48,773 nucleotides of DNA from Candidatus Heimdallarchaeota archaeon (GTDB lineage Archaea; Asgardarchaeota; Heimdallarchaeia; Heimdallarchaeales; Kariarchaeaceae). The stretch is taken from NCBI GenBank assembly GCA_015523565.1, contig WAKA01000177.1, positions 1 through 48,773 of the forward strand. Reading direction: 5' to 3'. Both the position numbers and the translations under genes were made by a program. Shown here in pieces: positions 46,048 through 48,773 of the stretch. Under the pieces are notes generated by a model. It saw nothing but the letters and a program-made list of their open reading frames with translations, ran no database searches and was not told the origin of the DNA. Each line of letters opens with the position of its first letter. The stretch's first letter is position 1.

Positions 46048-47274
46048 ATGGACTCAGAAAGAAAAATGTCTATTATGGACATAAATGACTTGGAAAACAA
46101 AAAAGTACTCGTCAGGGTGGATTTCAATGTGCCCATTAAAGATGGTGTGGTCAAGGACGACACAAGAATCCGTGCCGCTCTTCCAACAATTAATTACTTG
46201 ATCCAAAAGAATTGCAAAATTATACTTATGTCACATTTGGGAAGACCAAAACTTCCAGATATCGAAAAAAAATACTCCCTCGAACCAGTCGCAGAACATT
46301 TGAAAAATCTGGTCGACACTGATGTCTTCTTCTCTCCCGAATTGGTCGGTGAGGAAACAAGAGCGCTTATATCAAAATTGAAACCAAAACAAATCTTACT
46401 TCTGGAAAATACCCGTTATAATCCTGGAGAAACAAAAAATGACCCTGAATTGGGGAAAGAACTCGCCTCACTTGCTGATTATTTTGTCAATGATGCTTTT
46501 GGTACACTCCACAGGGCTCATGCCTCAACCGTCGGTGTTGCGAAACACCTGACTGCTGTTGCGGGTCTCCTTGTCAAAAAAGAGATAGATGCCCTTGATT
46601 CATTCCTGAAAAACCCTGAAAAACCAGTATTGGCAATCTTTGGAGGGGCAAAGGTGTCTGACAAGATCAAAATCATTAACCGATTTATTGGATTTGCAGA
46701 TTATATTGCCATTGGAGGAGGGATGGCGTTCACATTTCTTAAAAGCAAGGGAAATCCAATTGGGAAATCCCTCGTTGAAGATTCCATGCTGAATGAAGTG
46801 GAAAATGCATTGCAGACTGCAAAATCAAAAAATACTGAAATTCATGTTCCCAAAGACTTCAAAATCGGTCATGATCTTGACACTCCATTCTTGGAAAACA
46901 ATATGCCTAAGGTTGTCAATGCTGATTCAATTCCCAATGATGCAATGGGTCTTGACATTGGTCCCCAAACAATATCTGATTTCAATGACCTGATAGATAA
47001 GGCACATTCAATTTTCTGGAATGGTCCCATGGGTGTTTTTGAAAATCCCCTCTATAAGGAGGGCACTTTAAGCATAGCCGAAAAACTCCTCCAGAAAAAG
47101 ACAAAAACAATTATCGGTGGTGGGGATAGTGTATATGCCCTTAATATGACTCTTAAAGAAAAAGGTCTTTCATTGCCTCCTGAAATCCATGTCTCAACTG
47201 GTGGCGGCGCAACCCTTGAATATATGGCTGGAAATGTGCTTCCTGGGCTTGAGGCACTCGACAATCTTGCCTAA
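46048..47274 (+). CDS. pgk: Phosphoglycerate kinase
   Basis: RVDFNVP, MSHLGRP, LLENTRY, NDAFGTLHRAHAS, GGAKVSDKI, WNGPMGVFE, HVSTGGGA; start may be 46066. Confidence 0.98.
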   Translation: MDSERKMSIMDINDLENKKVLVRVDFNVPIKDGVVKDDTRIRAALPTINYLIQKNCKIILMSHLGRPKLPDIEKKYSLEPVAEHLKNLVDTDVFFSPELVGEETRALISKLKPKQILLLENTRYNPGETKNDPELGKELASLADYFVNDAFGTLHRAHASTVGVAKHLTAVAGLLVKKEIDALDSFLKNPEKPVLAIFGGAKVSDKIKIINRFIGFADYIAIGGGMAFTFLKSKGNPIGKSLVEDSMLNEVENALQTAKSKNTEIHVPKDFKIGHDLDTPFLENNMPKVVNADSIPNDAMGLDIGPQTISDFNDLIDKAHSIFWNGPMGVFENPLYKEGTLSIAEKLLQKKTKTIIGGGDSVYALNMTLKEKGLSLPPEIHVSTGGGATLEYMAGNVLPGLEALDNLA

Positions 47275-48758
47275 TTTATGCTCTGAAAAATCCTGCCAAC
47301 TTTTTCTACGTATTTTTCCAATGTTGCAATTTGGAAGTATTTGTTCTCTTCTGTTAATTTGATAACTTCTTTATTGGTTTGAATTAACAGCTCTTTTATA
47401 TCTTTTATTTCCTCATCAACCATTTCTCGAATATGCCTGGATCTTAGCATATTCTTGACATTTTCCAGTTTGTTGATAACCTCAAATGCCTTGTCATGCT
47501 GGTCGTACTCGATATGGCAGGTCAACAACATCAACAAGGTCTGAATTTCCAATGATTTGAGGTTTGATCCCTCCAACTCTTTAAGCATCTTATCTATTTC
47601 TCTTATTAGATTATTATATGTCCTGTCGTTAGGCATTACACGAAATTCCATGATTGAAATCTTGATTAACCTGTACCATGCGACCATTTTAAGTGAAAAG
47701 TCTGGGAAATTGTCGTTTTCAATTATCCGCATTAATCTTTCTTTTTTCTTTATAAGGTCTATCAACCTTCCTGAATAAAAGCATTGGTCAACTTGCATTA
47801 TGTCAATTATGGAGCTAAACCATAAATCTTGTTGTTTTGATGCTATTTCCTTCAATTCTTCCAACAATTTGTATGCCTGGTCAACCTTGTTATGACGTAA
47901 CAATGAATTATGCAGTTCCAAACCTCTCTCAAGCTGTAATTTTGCATGGTTGAACTGTTTGCTTAAGTTATATGCTTGACTAAAGAAATCAATCGCCTTT
48001 TCCATATTGTCCAAAGAAAGATTTGCATTTCCAAGTTCCCTAAGAACATATGGCAAATCTGACTCATTGCCAATATGCTGAATGGCCTCAACAGCATTTT
48101 CAAGATAATGAATCGCAAGATCTGGTCGACCTGTCATTTGATAACAATATGCGAGGTTTAACAGGGAAAAAAATCTAACTGGGCAATAAGGAATGCCCTG
48201 TAATGAATCAATAACCTCATTGAACAGACTTATGGCCTTTTCAAATTTGCCGACATATGAGTAAAATAAACCATGATTATTCTTCCTATAATTTTTCCAA
48301 AAAAGGTGTATACTGAAGGGAATCACGCTTGGATTTTCTGGAATTTCTTTTGTTTTATTTATCTCTGCTTTTGCTTTTGCTAAGTCCCCTGTTTCAATAT
48401 ACCAAAATGTTTTGATAATCCCATTGATCCAATTTATATACTCTTTTAGGTCTGAATAAAGTTTATCTGTCTGATCCTCAATGATACCAATGTGGGTTTT
48501 GGCAGTATTATAATCCCCGTTTCTTATTAATCCCAAGATTTTGATTTGATTGAAGTTTATTAAATTCACAAAGCACTCTTCTTCCCATGTGATGGGGGGT
48601 GGTAAATGCTTCAATTCCAAATATCTCCCTGAGATCAAGTAAAAGAAAGCAAGAAACAAAGCTTCATTCCAATCTTTGGGAATTTTATCCTCTGACTCTT
48701 CATATTCAAAAAATATTTGCCTAATCCCCTCAACTTCTCCCTGCAAAAGAAGTTCCAA
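47271..48758 (-). CDS. TPR repeat protein (5' end at window edge, start uncertain)
   Basis: TPR units NNHGLFYSYVGKFEKAISLF, LNLAYCYQMTGRPDLAIHYL, RELGNANLSLDNMEKAIDFF. Confidence 0.82.
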   Translation of the reverse strand: MELLLQGEVEGIRQIFFEYEESEDKIPKDWNEALFLAFFYLISGRYLELKHLPPPITWEEECFVNLINFNQIKILGLIRNGDYNTAKTHIGIIEDQTDKLYSDLKEYINWINGIIKTFWYIETGDLAKAKAEINKTKEIPENPSVIPFSIHLFWKNYRKNNHGLFYSYVGKFEKAISLFNEVIDSLQGIPYCPVRFFSLLNLAYCYQMTGRPDLAIHYLENAVEAIQHIGNESDLPYVLRELGNANLSLDNMEKAIDFFSQAYNLSKQFNHAKLQLERGLELHNSLLRHNKVDQAYKLLEELKEIASKQQDLWFSSIIDIMQVDQCFYSGRLIDLIKKKERLMRIIENDNFPDFSLKMVAWYRLIKISIMEFRVMPNDRTYNNLIREIDKMLKELEGSNLKSLEIQTLLMLLTCHIEYDQHDKAFEVINKLENVKNMLRSRHIREMVDEEIKDIKELLIQTNKEVIKLTEENKYFQIATLEKYVEKVGRIFQSIN

Positions 48759-48773
48759 ACTTAAATCAAAAAA

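Overview
Gene-dense, AT-rich archaeal chromosomal window. Gene content points to an Asgard archaeon, most plausibly Heimdallarchaeia (inference): two Rab-like small GTPases, several longin/uDENN-like domains, a TRAP-beta homologue next to Get3, TPR proteins and GGTGA-type ribosome-binding sites. Housekeeping genes include ltaE, tmk, folE, eno, a purine PRTase, gdhA, a polyprenyl synthase, korAB, pyrE/pyrF and pgk. A four-gene surface/membrane operon (pseudo-transglutaminase, giant Ig-like protein with DUF4129, small DUF4129, DUF4350) lacks its usual MoxR/DUF58 partners. The most striking signal is an apparent hybrid signalling system. Two CheY-like receiver domains are fused, via a shared helical linker, to longin/uDENN-like domains, and one of these genes lies directly upstream of a Rab-like GTPase. 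Two equal-length, unusually short chemoreceptors are present, one directly behind a second, atypical Rab-like GTPase. A tandem-longin protein and a longin/gelsolin-like fusion complete the set. Together these suggest a chemosensory phosphorelay feeding small-GTPase and actin regulation. No rRNA, tRNA, CRISPR array or mobile element was recognised. Domain calls come from motif recognition only; no searches were run.
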